Shown: positions 9,832 through 17,966 of the stretch, in pieces
Layout of the letters: each line of letters starts with the position of its first letter
Position numbering within the stretch: the first letter of the stretch is position 1
Assembly: GCA_024641895.1 (NCBI GenBank)
Contig: JAHECE010000001.1
Span: forward strand, 1-42,813
Reading direction: 5' to 3'
Source of the DNA: Actinomycetales bacterium
GTDB taxonomy: Bacteria > Actinomycetota > Actinomycetes > Actinomycetales > JAHECE01
Length of the DNA: 42,813 nt
The notes under the pieces: generated by a model
What the model was told of the DNA's origin: nothing
Database searches by the model: none
Seen by the model: the letters and a program-made list of their open reading frames with translations, nothing else
Program-made: the position numbers and the translations under genes

Positions 9832-10652
9832 ACGAGAACCGAGAGGTGGACACCGTGACGTCGACCATCACCGCTCCGGCGGACCCGGGAGTGACGGCGC
9901 GGGCCGGGAACCGGCCGACGGCCGTTCGCGTCTCGGGGGTGAGCAAGCGCTTCCACCCGCAGGGCCCGGTGGTCCTCGACGGTATCGACCTCACCATCCG
10001 CCGCGGCGAGTTCGTCTGCCTCCTCGGGGCCTCGGGCTGCGGCAAGTCGACACTGCTGTCGCTCATCGCGGGGCTGGAGAAGCCCAGCACCGGTGAGATC
10101 GACGTCGTGGGGCCGGGGGCCGCCCTGATGTTCCAGGAGTCGGCGCTCTTCCCGTGGCTGACGGCGCGGGGCAACGTCGAGCTCGCCTTGCGCCTGCACG
10201 GCGCACCCAAGGGGGTCCGGCGCGAGCGGGCCGACGAGCTGCTCGCCCTCGTCCGGCTCTCGGGAGCGGGTGACAAGCGCGTGCACGAGCTCTCGGGCGG
10301 GATGCGCCAGCGGGTGGCCCTGGCCCGGTCCCTCGCCCAGGACCGCGACGTGCTCCTGATGGACGAGCCGTTCGCCGCGCTCGACGCCATCACCCGTGAC
10401 CTGCTGCACGACGAGCTCGAGCGGATCTGGCACGAGACGGGGCGCACGATCGTCTTCATCACGCACAACGTCCGCGAAGCCGTCCGGCTCGGCGAACGGG
10501 TGCTCCTCATGTCCTCCCGTCCGGGCCGGATCGTGCGCGAGTGGCGGGTGGACGTCACCGGCGAGCGCCGCATCGAGGCACCCGACGTCTCCCGGCTGTC
10601 CGTCGAGATCACCGACCACCTCCGCGAGGAGATCCGCAGACATGCCCACTGA
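9828..10652 (+). CDS. ABC transporter ATP-binding protein (NitT/TauT family)
   Basis: Track ORF 9828..10652. Walker A GASGCGKST, ABC signature LSGGMRQR and Walker B LLMDEPFAALD. ATGA overlap with the substrate-binding protein gene. Confidence 0.9.
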   Translation: MNENREVDTVTSTITAPADPGVTARAGNRPTAVRVSGVSKRFHPQGPVVLDGIDLTIRRGEFVCLLGASGCGKSTLLSLIAGLEKPSTGEIDVVGPGAALMFQESALFPWLTARGNVELALRLHGAPKGVRRERADELLALVRLSGAGDKRVHELSGGMRQRVALARSLAQDRDVLLMDEPFAALDAITRDLLHDELERIWHETGRTIVFITHNVREAVRLGERVLLMSSRPGRIVREWRVDVTGERRIEAPDVSRLSVEITDHLREEIRRHAH

Positions 10653-11550
10653 CGCGAGGTCCGTGGCCGAGCCGTCCGGACCGGCCGACACCCGTGAGCT
10701 CGAGGCCGGCCTCGACGCTCTGCAGACCGCCACGCCGGCCCCCGGCAGGCCCGAGCGTGTGCAACGCCTGAGCCGTGCGCTCCTCGCGCCGGCTGTGGCG
10801 CTGACCGTGCTGCTCGCGATCTGGCAGGTGGTCACGCTGGCAGGCGTGCGCCCCGGCTACGTCATGCCCGGGCCCTCGGACGTGGCTGCCGCGTTCGGCC
10901 AGCTGTGGCAGCGGGGGGACGTCCAGGCGGCAGTCGCCACGAGCCTCGAGCGCGGGGTCGTCGGCTTCGTCGTCGCCGTCCTGATCGCTACCCCGGTCGG
11001 GCTCCTCGTCGCGCGGGTCCGCTGGGTCCGCACGGCCATCGGCCCGCTGATCACCGGCCTCCAGGTGCTGCCGTCGGTCGCCTGGGTGCCTGCCGCGATC
11101 ATCTGGTTCGGCCTCACCGACGCCACGGTCTACTTCGTCATCCTCATGGGCGCCGTGCCGTCGATCATCAACGGGCTCGTCTCCGGCATCGACCACGTGC
11201 CGCCGCTCTTCCGGGGCGTGGGCCGGGTCCTCGGCGCAGGACGGCTCCAGATGATCCGCTGGGTGATCCTCCCCGCTGCTCTGCCGGGCTACCTCGCGGG
11301 CCTGCGCCAGGGCTGGGCGTTCTCCTGGCGCTCCCTCATGGCCGCCGAGATCATCGCCGTCGGCGGAACCATCGGCTTCGGCCTGGGCTCGCTCCTCCAG
11401 CAGGGCCGAGAGCTGCAGCTGATGAGCACCGTGATCGTGGCGATCCTCCTCATCCTCGTCGTCGGCATCCTCGTCGAGCTCGCCGTCTTCGCGCCGCTGG
11501 AACGGCGCCTCCTGCACAACCGTGGCCTGTCACCCGACCGGGCCCGCTGA
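10642..11550 (+). CDS. ABC transporter permease (BPD inner-membrane component)
   Basis: In frame with track ORF 10396..11550. ATG at 10642 overlaps the ATPase gene end by 11 nt. Multiple hydrophobic helices and an EAA-like loop (GAGRLQMIRWVILPAALP). Confidence 0.85.
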   Translation: MPTDARSVAEPSGPADTRELEAGLDALQTATPAPGRPERVQRLSRALLAPAVALTVLLAIWQVVTLAGVRPGYVMPGPSDVAAAFGQLWQRGDVQAAVATSLERGVVGFVVAVLIATPVGLLVARVRWVRTAIGPLITGLQVLPSVAWVPAAIIWFGLTDATVYFVILMGAVPSIINGLVSGIDHVPPLFRGVGRVLGAGRLQMIRWVILPAALPGYLAGLRQGWAFSWRSLMAAEIIAVGGTIGFGLGSLLQQGRELQLMSTVIVAILLILVVGILVELAVFAPLERRLLHNRGLSPDRAR

Positions 11551-12796
11551 GCGGCCGCCCGTGGACACGTCGTCGCCGGCCGCGCCTCCGTCCTACCCCC
11601 TGACGCTCCGCGTCGCGGGTCGACGGGTGCTGGTCGTCGGGGGTGGTGCCGTGGCGAGCCGGCGCACGCGCGGGCTGCTCGAGGCGGGCGCCGTCGTCGT
11701 CGTGGTCGCCCCGACGGTCACCGGCGAGCTGGCCGACGCGGCCTCGACCGGGCGCCTCACGTGGCACGAGCGCGGCTTCGCCGACGACGACCTCGACGGC
11801 ACCTGGTTCGTGCTCACCGCGACGGGCGTCCCCGCCGTCGACGACGCCGTCAGCGTCGCGGCGGAGGCGCGGCAGATCTGGTGCGGCAAGGGCGGCGACC
11901 CCGAGCGAGCCACCGCGTGGGTGCCGGCGACGACCACGGTCGACGACGTCGTGATCGCCGTCAACGCGGGGCGGGACCCCCGCCGAGCGGCCCGGATCCG
12001 CGACGGGGTGGCCGCCGCCCTCGAGTCCGGCGACCTGCCGCTCCGCCGGCAGCGGCGCCGGGAACCCGGCCCGGACGGACCTGGGACAGGCTCGGTCGCG
12101 CTCGTCGGCGGCGGACCGGGCGACCCCGGCCTCATCACGACGCGCGGCCGACGACTGCTGGCACAGGCCGACGTCGTCGTCCTCGATCGCCTCGCTCCCC
12201 GCTCCCTCGTCCAAGACCTCGACGAGGACGTCATGGTGATCGACGTCGGCAAGAACCCCGATCACCACCCGGTGCCGCAGGACATGATCAATGCGCTCCT
12301 GGTCGAGCACGCAGTCGCCGGGCGCCGGGTCGTCCGCCTCAAGGGAGGCGACCCCTACGTCTTCGGCCGGGGCGGGGAGGAAGCCCTCGCGTGCGCGCAG
12401 GCCGGGGTGCCCGTCGAGGTCGTGCCCGGCGTCACGAGCGCCGTCTCCGTGCCTGCCGCGGTGGGCATCCCGGTGACGCACCGCGGCCTGGCCCGCGGCT
12501 TCACGGTGCTGACGGCGCACGAGGACATCTCGATGCTCCCGCCGGACGAGGCTCACACCCTCGTGCTCCTGATGGGCGTGGGCCGCCTCCGCGAGACGTG
12601 CGCGACCCTGCTGGTCGCCGGCCACGCGCCCGGCACGCCCGTCGCCGTCGTGGAGGACGGGTACGGGCCGCGGCAGCGCGTCACCGTCGGCACGCTGGAG
12701 ACGATCGCGGACCGGGCCGAGGCGGCGGGCGTGCGCCCGCCAGCCGTCACCGTGGTGGGCGCCGTCGTCCGCCTCTGCCCCGCGTGGCCCGGCTGA
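11522..12796 (+). CDS. cysG: siroheme synthase (precorrin-2 dehydrogenase/ferrochelatase N-domain fused to uroporphyrinogen-III C-methyltransferase)
   Basis: Track ORF 11522..12796. Contains the NAD fold VLVVGGGAVASRR and the methyltransferase motifs LVGGGPGDPGLIT and GGDPYVFGRGGEE. The start could instead be GTG at 11561. Confidence 0.88.
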   Translation: MACHPTGPAERPPVDTSSPAAPPSYPLTLRVAGRRVLVVGGGAVASRRTRGLLEAGAVVVVVAPTVTGELADAASTGRLTWHERGFADDDLDGTWFVLTATGVPAVDDAVSVAAEARQIWCGKGGDPERATAWVPATTTVDDVVIAVNAGRDPRRAARIRDGVAAALESGDLPLRRQRRREPGPDGPGTGSVALVGGGPGDPGLITTRGRRLLAQADVVVLDRLAPRSLVQDLDEDVMVIDVGKNPDHHPVPQDMINALLVEHAVAGRRVVRLKGGDPYVFGRGGEEALACAQAGVPVEVVPGVTSAVSVPAAVGIPVTHRGLARGFTVLTAHEDISMLPPDEAHTLVLLMGVGRLRETCATLLVAGHAPGTPVAVVEDGYGPRQRVTVGTLETIADRAEAAGVRPPAVTVVGAVVRLCPAWPG

Positions 12797-12892
12797 CGCC
12801 GCTCTACCTCGGCCCAGGCGGGGCGTCCTGCGGATGGAGAACGGTCCGGTCGCCCGTCGAGCCGAACCTGCCGAGACCGTGCTGGTCGAGCC

Positions 12893-13210
12893 TCAGGCCT
12901 GGGGTGGCAGGACGGCGATGATCGGGTGGTCCTTGGGGATCAGGCCCAGCTTGGCCGCGCCGCCCGGGGAGCCGAGGTCGTCGAAGAACTCGACGTTCGC
13001 CTTGTAGTACTGCGACCACTCGTCCGGCACGTCGTCCTCGTAGTAGATCGCCTCGACCGGGCACACCGGCTCGCACGCCCCGCAGTCCACGCACTCGTCG
13101 GGGTGGATGTAGAGCGAGCGCTCACCCTCGTAGATGCAGTCCACGGGACACTCGTCGATGCACGCCTTGTCCTTGACGTCCACGCACGGCTGCGCGATGA
13201 CATACGTCAC
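12893..13210 (-). CDS. fdxA: 7Fe ferredoxin (3Fe-4S plus 4Fe-4S) FdxA
   Basis: GTG start at codon 35 of track ORF 12893..13312, preceded by GGAAGGA. Contains TYVIAQPCVDVKDKACIDECPVDCIY and CVDCGACEPVCPVEAI. Confidence 0.92.
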   Translation of the reverse strand: MTYVIAQPCVDVKDKACIDECPVDCIYEGERSLYIHPDECVDCGACEPVCPVEAIYYEDDVPDEWSQYYKANVEFFDDLGSPGGAAKLGLIPKDHPIIAVLPPQA

Positions 13211-13324
13211 GATGCGGTCCTTCCCTGCCTCCCGCGGATACGTCCCGCGAGGCTCAACTCGGGCGTGCACAACCCTAGCCGAGCCGCTCGGCGCACCGAA
13301 CCCGCGTCCCACGTGCCGGGCGGC

Positions 13325-13921
13325 TCACGGACGCGGGCGGCGCAACCCCTTGCCCATCCAACGGGCCCGCCGGCCCCGGCCCGCGTCGCGCGAGCTCACG
13401 TGCCCGCGCACGTCACCCACGCTCACGCGTCCCAGGAGCAGCTCCTCGACGACGTCGTCCGCACCGGCCAGCACGAGGCCCGCGGCGAGGTCCTCGGCCC
13501 GCTCGCCGCCGATGTAGCGCTGCGCGGTGATGTGGCCGGACAGGCCCGACTCCAGCACACCGTCCTCCGTCAGCTGGGCCGTGAGCAGGACCACCCCGAT
13601 CTGGGTCAGCTGGGAGATGCGAGCCGCGAGATCGTGCGCCTCTCGCGGGACGGCTCCGTCGTCGAAGAGCTCTGAGATGTCCCAGTCGCTCGCATCCTCG
13701 TCGGTCGCCGCCCCGGGTTCAGCCTCGAGCGAGCCGGTCGGAGCGGGCCCGGCAGCCGCGGCAGCGGCGTCGGGCCCAGCACCCTTGGCGCCCACGGCCC
13801 GGACGACGACGGCCCCGCGGCTGCTCGGCACGACGTCGACGTCCACGCCGTCGAGTGCGCACAGCGCCGCCAGCGCCTGGGCGGAGGCAACCGGGGTCAG
13901 GACGAGGGCCAGGGTGATCAC
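13325..13921 (-). CDS. hypothetical protein coupled to hisB (acidic low-complexity centre, basic tail)
   Basis: GTG at 13921 lies 2 nt after the hisB stop and is in frame with track ORF 13325..14239. I recognise no family motif. Coding status is supported mainly by tight coupling and operon position. Confidence 0.5.
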   Translation of the reverse strand: MITLALVLTPVASAQALAALCALDGVDVDVVPSSRGAVVVRAVGAKGAGPDAAAAAAGPAPTGSLEAEPGAATDEDASDWDISELFDDGAVPREAHDLAARISQLTQIGVVLLTAQLTEDGVLESGLSGHITAQRYIGGERAEDLAAGLVLAGADDVVEELLLGRVSVGDVRGHVSSRDAGRGRRARWMGKGLRRPRP

Positions 13922-13923
13922 GA

Positions 13924-14526
13924 CTACAGCGCACCCTTCGTCGACGGGACGCCCGTGACCCGAGGGTCCGGCGCCACGGCGGCCCGGAGCGCGCGCGCGA
14001 AGGCCTTGAACTGGGCCTCGACGATGTGGTGCGGGTCTCGGCCCGCCAGCACCTGGACGTGCAGGCAGATACCGGCGTGCAGCGCGATCGACTCGATCAC
14101 GTGACGCGTGAGCGAGCCCGTGAAGTGCCCGCCGATCAGGTGGTACTCCTGGCCCGCCGGCTCGCCCGAGTGGACGACGTACGGGCGCCCGGAGACGTCG
14201 ACCACCGCCAGCGCGAGCGCCTCGTCGAGCGGCACGCACGCATCGCCGAACCGGGCGATGCCGCGCTTGTCGCCGAGTGCCTCGCGCAGGGCCTCACCGA
14301 TGCAGATGGCGACGTCCTCCACCGTGTGGTGCACGTCGATGTGGGTGTCGCCCGTCGCGCGCACCCGCAGGTCGATGAGCGAGTGCTTGCCCAGCGCCGT
14401 GAGCATGTGGTCGTAGAAGGGCACCGACGTCGAGATGTCGGTGGCTCCCGTGCCGTCGAGGTCCAGCTCGACGAGCACAGACGACTCCGACGTCGCGCGC
14501 TCGATGCGCGCCGTGCGTGCACTCAC
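13924..14526 (-). CDS. hisB: imidazoleglycerol-phosphate dehydratase HisB
   Basis: GTG at 14526 overlaps the hisC stop (GTGA). Contains [26 protein letters not shown] and [17 protein letters not shown]; 200 aa. Confidence 0.93.
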   Translation of the reverse strand: MSARTARIERATSESSVLVELDLDGTGATDISTSVPFYDHMLTALGKHSLIDLRVRATGDTHIDVHHTVEDVAICIGEALREALGDKRGIARFGDACVPLDEALALAVVDVSGRPYVVHSGEPAGQEYHLIGGHFTGSLTRHVIESIALHAGICLHVQVLAGRDPHHIVEAQFKAFARALRAAVAPDPRVTGVPSTKGAL

Positions 14527-15638
14527 CAGCCCAGCACCTCCTCCAGAGCCGCCCGGAAGGCGACCATCTCCCCCGGCGTGCCGATCGACACCCGAAGCCA
14601 GCCGTCCGGGCCCGTCGCCCGGATCAGCACACCGCGGTCCAGCAGACCTTGCCAGACCTCGTGCCGATCGTCGAACGTGCCGAAGAGGGCGAAGTTCGCG
14701 TCCGACCCGGGCACCTCCAGCCCGTGCCCGCGCAGCCAGGCGACCGTGGCGTCCCGCTCGTCGCGCAGCTCGGCGACCCGCGCGAGCAGGCTCCCCGAGT
14801 GGCGCAGCGCTGCGCGCGCGACCGCCTGCGTCACGGCGGACAGGTGGTACGGCAGTCGGACGACCCGCAGGGCGTCCACCAGGTCCGGGGCCGCCGCGAG
14901 ATAGCCCACCCGGGCTCCCGCGAGGGCAAAGGCCTTGGACATCGTCCGAGAGACCGCGAGGTGCGGGTGGCGCGGCAGGATCGTCAGCGCGCTCGGCGTG
15001 CCGGTGCGCCGGAACTCGGCGTACGCCTCGTCGACGACGACGACGGCGTCCGCGCCGCCCGGCCCGGCACCCCGGGCCGCGCCGGCGATCGCCTCGACCA
15101 CGTCGATCGGCAGCGCGGTGCCCGTCGGGTTGTTCGGGCTCGCCAGGAAGATGACGCACGGCCGGTGCTCGGCGATCATGGCGCGCACGTGCGGCAGGTC
15201 CAGCGTGAAGTCGCTCTCACGGCGGCCGGTGACCCACCCGGTGAACGTGTCCCGGGCGTACTCCGGGTACATCGAGTAGGTGGGTGCGAACGACAGCGCG
15301 GTGCGGCCCGGTCCGCCGAAGGCCTGCAGAAGGTGGAGCATGACCTCGTTGGAGCCGTTCGCGGCCCAGAGGTGGTCGACGGTCAAGCCCGTGGCGCCGG
15401 ACTCGGCGCCGAGGTAGGCGGCGAGGTCGGCGCGCAGCGCGGGGAAGTCGCGGTCCGGGTACCGGTTGAGGCCGGTCGCCGCGGCGGCGACCGCATCCGC
15501 GATGTCCGCGACGACGGCGGGCGAGGGCGGGTACGGGTTCTCGTTCACGTTGAGCAGGACCGGCACGTCGAGCTGGGGGGCCCCGTAAGGGTGCACCCCG
15601 CGTAGGTCTGCTCGGATCGGCAGGCGTGTCACGCTCAC
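14523..15638 (-). CDS. hisC: histidinol-phosphate aminotransferase HisC
   Basis: Track ORF 14523..15638. Contains [14 protein letters not shown] and the PLP-lysine motif [15 protein letters not shown]. Confidence 0.93.
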   Translation of the reverse strand: MSVTRLPIRADLRGVHPYGAPQLDVPVLLNVNENPYPPSPAVVADIADAVAAAATGLNRYPDRDFPALRADLAAYLGAESGATGLTVDHLWAANGSNEVMLHLLQAFGGPGRTALSFAPTYSMYPEYARDTFTGWVTGRRESDFTLDLPHVRAMIAEHRPCVIFLASPNNPTGTALPIDVVEAIAGAARGAGPGGADAVVVVDEAYAEFRRTGTPSALTILPRHPHLAVSRTMSKAFALAGARVGYLAAAPDLVDALRVVRLPYHLSAVTQAVARAALRHSGSLLARVAELRDERDATVAWLRGHGLEVPGSDANFALFGTFDDRHEVWQGLLDRGVLIRATGPDGWLRVSIGTPGEMVAFRAALEEVLGW

Positions 15639-15753
15639 GTGGCGAGTCTAGGGATGCCGGACGACGGGGGCTCGGACCCGGCGTCCGGCCGGGGGGTCGG
15701 ATGTCAGCGCGAGGGCGTAGGGTCGTACTCATGTTCGAACGAGGCGAGGGCTA

Positions 15754-15854
15754 GCGGTGCGGGACCAGGGCGCGGTGCGGGACCAGGGCGCGGTGCGGGA
15801 CCAGGGCGCGGTGCGGGACCAGGGCGCGGTGCGGGACCAGGGCGCGGTGCGGGA
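15754..15854 (+). repeat. perfect 18-bp tandem repeat GTGCGGGACCAGGGCGCG x5 plus an 8-nt partial sixth copy
   Basis: Read directly from the sequence: five identical units at 15757, 15775, 15793, 15811 and 15829. They encode (V/M)RDQGA x5 in the helicase frame, and a TAG stop (15752-15754) lies immediately upstream. Confidence 0.97.
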
Positions 15855-17949
15855 GGAGGCCGAGGGGGTGCTCCGCGCTCTCGTGGGACGCGAGGACGCG
15901 GCCTTGCGCGAGGACCAGTGGCGCGCGATCGAGGCGCTCGTGGTCGGCCGCCGACGCGCGCTCGTCGTCCAGCGCACCGGATGGGGCAAGTCGGCGGTGT
16001 ACGTGGTCGCCACCGCGCTGCTCCGCGCGCGGGGGGCGGGCCCGACCGTGATCGTCTCGCCGCTGCTCGCCCTCATGCGGGACCAGATCGCCGCAGCCGG
16101 CAAGGCGGGCGTGCGGGCGGTCACCGTCAACTCGGCGAACGTTGCCGAGTGGGACGACGTGCACGCGGCGATCGCGGCGGGCGAGGTGGACATCCTGCTC
16201 TGCTCACCCGAGCGGCTGAACAACCCGGGCTTCCGGGACGAAGTCCTTCCCCGCCTCGCCGCCGACGCCGGCCTCGTGGTGATCGACGAGGCGCACTGCA
16301 TCTCCGACTGGGGGCACGACTTCCGCCCCGACTACCGGCGGATCCGGGACCTGCTCGACCAGCTCCCGGCGGGCATCGGCGTGCTGGCGACCACGGCAAC
16401 GGCCAACGCACGGGTCACGGCGGATGTCGCCGAGCAGCTCGCCCGCGCCGACGGCGACGTGCTCGTCCTTCGAGGCGGCCTCGACCGGCCCTCGCTGCAC
16501 CTGGGCGTGGTGAGGTTGCCGGACCAGGCCGGCCGGCTGGCCTGGCTCGCCAAGAACCTCGCGCTCCTCTCGAGCACCGGCTCTGGGATCGTCTACTGCC
16601 TGACGGTGGCCGTCGCCGAGGAGGTCGCCACCCAGCTCCGGGCCGCCGGACACGACGTGCGTGCGTACACGGGGCGCACCGAGCCGGCCGAGCGCGAGGC
16701 GCTCGAGTCGGACCTGAAAGCGAACCGGCTCACAGCCCTCGTCGCCACGTCGGCGCTCGGCATGGGGTTCGACAAGCCGGATCTCGGCTTCGTGGTCCAC
16801 CTCGGCGCACCGCCCTCACCGATCGCCTACTACCAGCAGGTCGGGCGAGCCGGGCGAGCTGTCGATCGCGCCGTCGTGGTGCTCCTGCCCGGTCAGGAGG
16901 ACAAGGCGATCTGGGACTACTTCGGCAGCCTCGCGTTTCCCGGCGAGCGGGAGGTCCGGGCAGTCCTGGGCGCGCTGGCGGACGGAGCCACGATGTCGAC
17001 GGCGGCTCTCGAGACGGTCGTGGACCTGCGCCGGGCCCGGCTCGAGACGATGCTCAAGGTGCTCGACGTCGACGGCGCCGTGCGCCGGGTCCGCGGCGGC
17101 TGGCAGGCCACGGGCGCGGCGTGGGTCTACGACGCCGATCGATACGCCCGTGTGGAGCAGTCTCGACTCGCCGAGCAGGAGGCGATGGTCGCCTACGCGG
17201 GCACGAGTGGGTGCCGCATGGCCTTCCTCCGCGCGGACCTCGACGACCCGCTGCTGGCCCCGGACTGGAGCTGCGGCCGGTGCGACACGTGCGGAGGTCT
17301 CGACCTGCCCGCGGGGCCCTCGACCGCGCAGGTTGATGCTGCCAGGACGGGCCTGGACCGCCCTGGCGTCGAGATCGCACCCCGCGCACAGTGGCCGTCC
17401 GGGATGGATCGCCTGGGGGTCGATCTCAAGGGCCGGATCCAGGCCGATGAGCGGGTCGAGCCCGGGCGCGCGCTGGCGCGGCTCGACTCCCTCGGCTGGG
17501 CATTGCCGCTGCGCCGGCTGCTGTCGCCGGCGACGCCGGACGGACCGCTCCCCGAGCACCTCCGCCGACCCGTGCTCGAGGTGCTCCAGGAATGGGCTCC
17601 GGCGGTGGACGGCGTCGTGATGGTCGGCTCGGCGACGCGGCCGGCGCTCGTCGAGCACCTGGCGGGCGGGGTCGCCCGCCGCCTCGGCGTGCGGGTGGTC
17701 GGCAGGGTCGCGCCCGACCCTGCCAGGCCGCCGGGCCGGCACGACATCAACTCGGCGCAGCGCCTGGCAGGGGTGCTCGCCCGCCTGCGGCTCGAGCTGA
17801 GCGAGGCGGCACGTGCCGGCCTGCCGGGCAGACGCGTGGTCTTGGTCGACGACTACGCCGAGTCAGGCTGGACCCTGACCGTGGCGGGCCGGCTGCTGCG
17901 CGATGCTGGCGCCACCGAGGTACTGCCCTTCGTCCTCGCCCAAGCCTGA
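15757..17949 (+). CDS. RecQ-family ATP-dependent DNA helicase with a C-terminal phosphoribosyltransferase/ComF-like domain
   Basis: Track ORF 15757..17949. Helicase motifs TGWGKS, VIDEAHCISDWGHDFRPDY, ATTATA and QQVGRAGR. Zinc module GCRMAFL...CGRCDTC. Tail contains VVLVDDYAESGWTLTVAGRLLRDAGA. The true start may be any of six in-frame GTGs (15757 to 15847). Confidence 0.88.
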   Translation: MRDQGAVRDQGAVRDQGAVRDQGAVRDQGAVREEAEGVLRALVGREDAALREDQWRAIEALVVGRRRALVVQRTGWGKSAVYVVATALLRARGAGPTVIVSPLLALMRDQIAAAGKAGVRAVTVNSANVAEWDDVHAAIAAGEVDILLCSPERLNNPGFRDEVLPRLAADAGLVVIDEAHCISDWGHDFRPDYRRIRDLLDQLPAGIGVLATTATANARVTADVAEQLARADGDVLVLRGGLDRPSLHLGVVRLPDQAGRLAWLAKNLALLSSTGSGIVYCLTVAVAEEVATQLRAAGHDVRAYTGRTEPAEREALESDLKANRLTALVATSALGMGFDKPDLGFVVHLGAPPSPIAYYQQVGRAGRAVDRAVVVLLPGQEDKAIWDYFGSLAFPGEREVRAVLGALADGATMSTAALETVVDLRRARLETMLKVLDVDGAVRRVRGGWQATGAAWVYDADRYARVEQSRLAEQEAMVAYAGTSGCRMAFLRADLDDPLLAPDWSCGRCDTCGGLDLPAGPSTAQVDAARTGLDRPGVEIAPRAQWPSGMDRLGVDLKGRIQADERVEPGRALARLDSLGWALPLRRLLSPATPDGPLPEHLRRPVLEVLQEWAPAVDGVVMVGSATRPALVEHLAGGVARRLGVRVVGRVAPDPARPPGRHDINSAQRLAGVLARLRLELSEAARAGLPGRRVVLVDDYAESGWTLTVAGRLLRDAGATEVLPFVLAQA

Positions 17950-17966
17950 CGAGCCCGGGTCTCGGC

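Noticed and set aside
13278-13292. Hairpin GCCGAGC-c-GCTCGGC downstream of the hisB-coupled ORF as a terminator
   Set aside because: The loop is only 1 nt, so the effective stem is 5-6 bp, and the trailing sequence is T-poor. This is too weak to call.
3568-13324. The sulfur block as a recently acquired genomic island
   Set aside because: There is no integrase, transposase, flanking tRNA or obvious direct repeats. GC content and codon style look the same as the flanking core genes.
15754-15854. Whether the 18-bp repeat array could be a CRISPR array
   Set aside because: The repeats are directly adjacent with no spacers. The unit is too short and there are no cas genes nearby. It is an in-frame coding tandem repeat.
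15639-17336. 565-aa ORF in another frame reading the repeat as GAGPGR x5
   Set aside because: It is out of frame with the helicase motifs, and the rest of its translation is Arg/Gly/Pro low complexity. The frame with the RecQ motifs is the real one.
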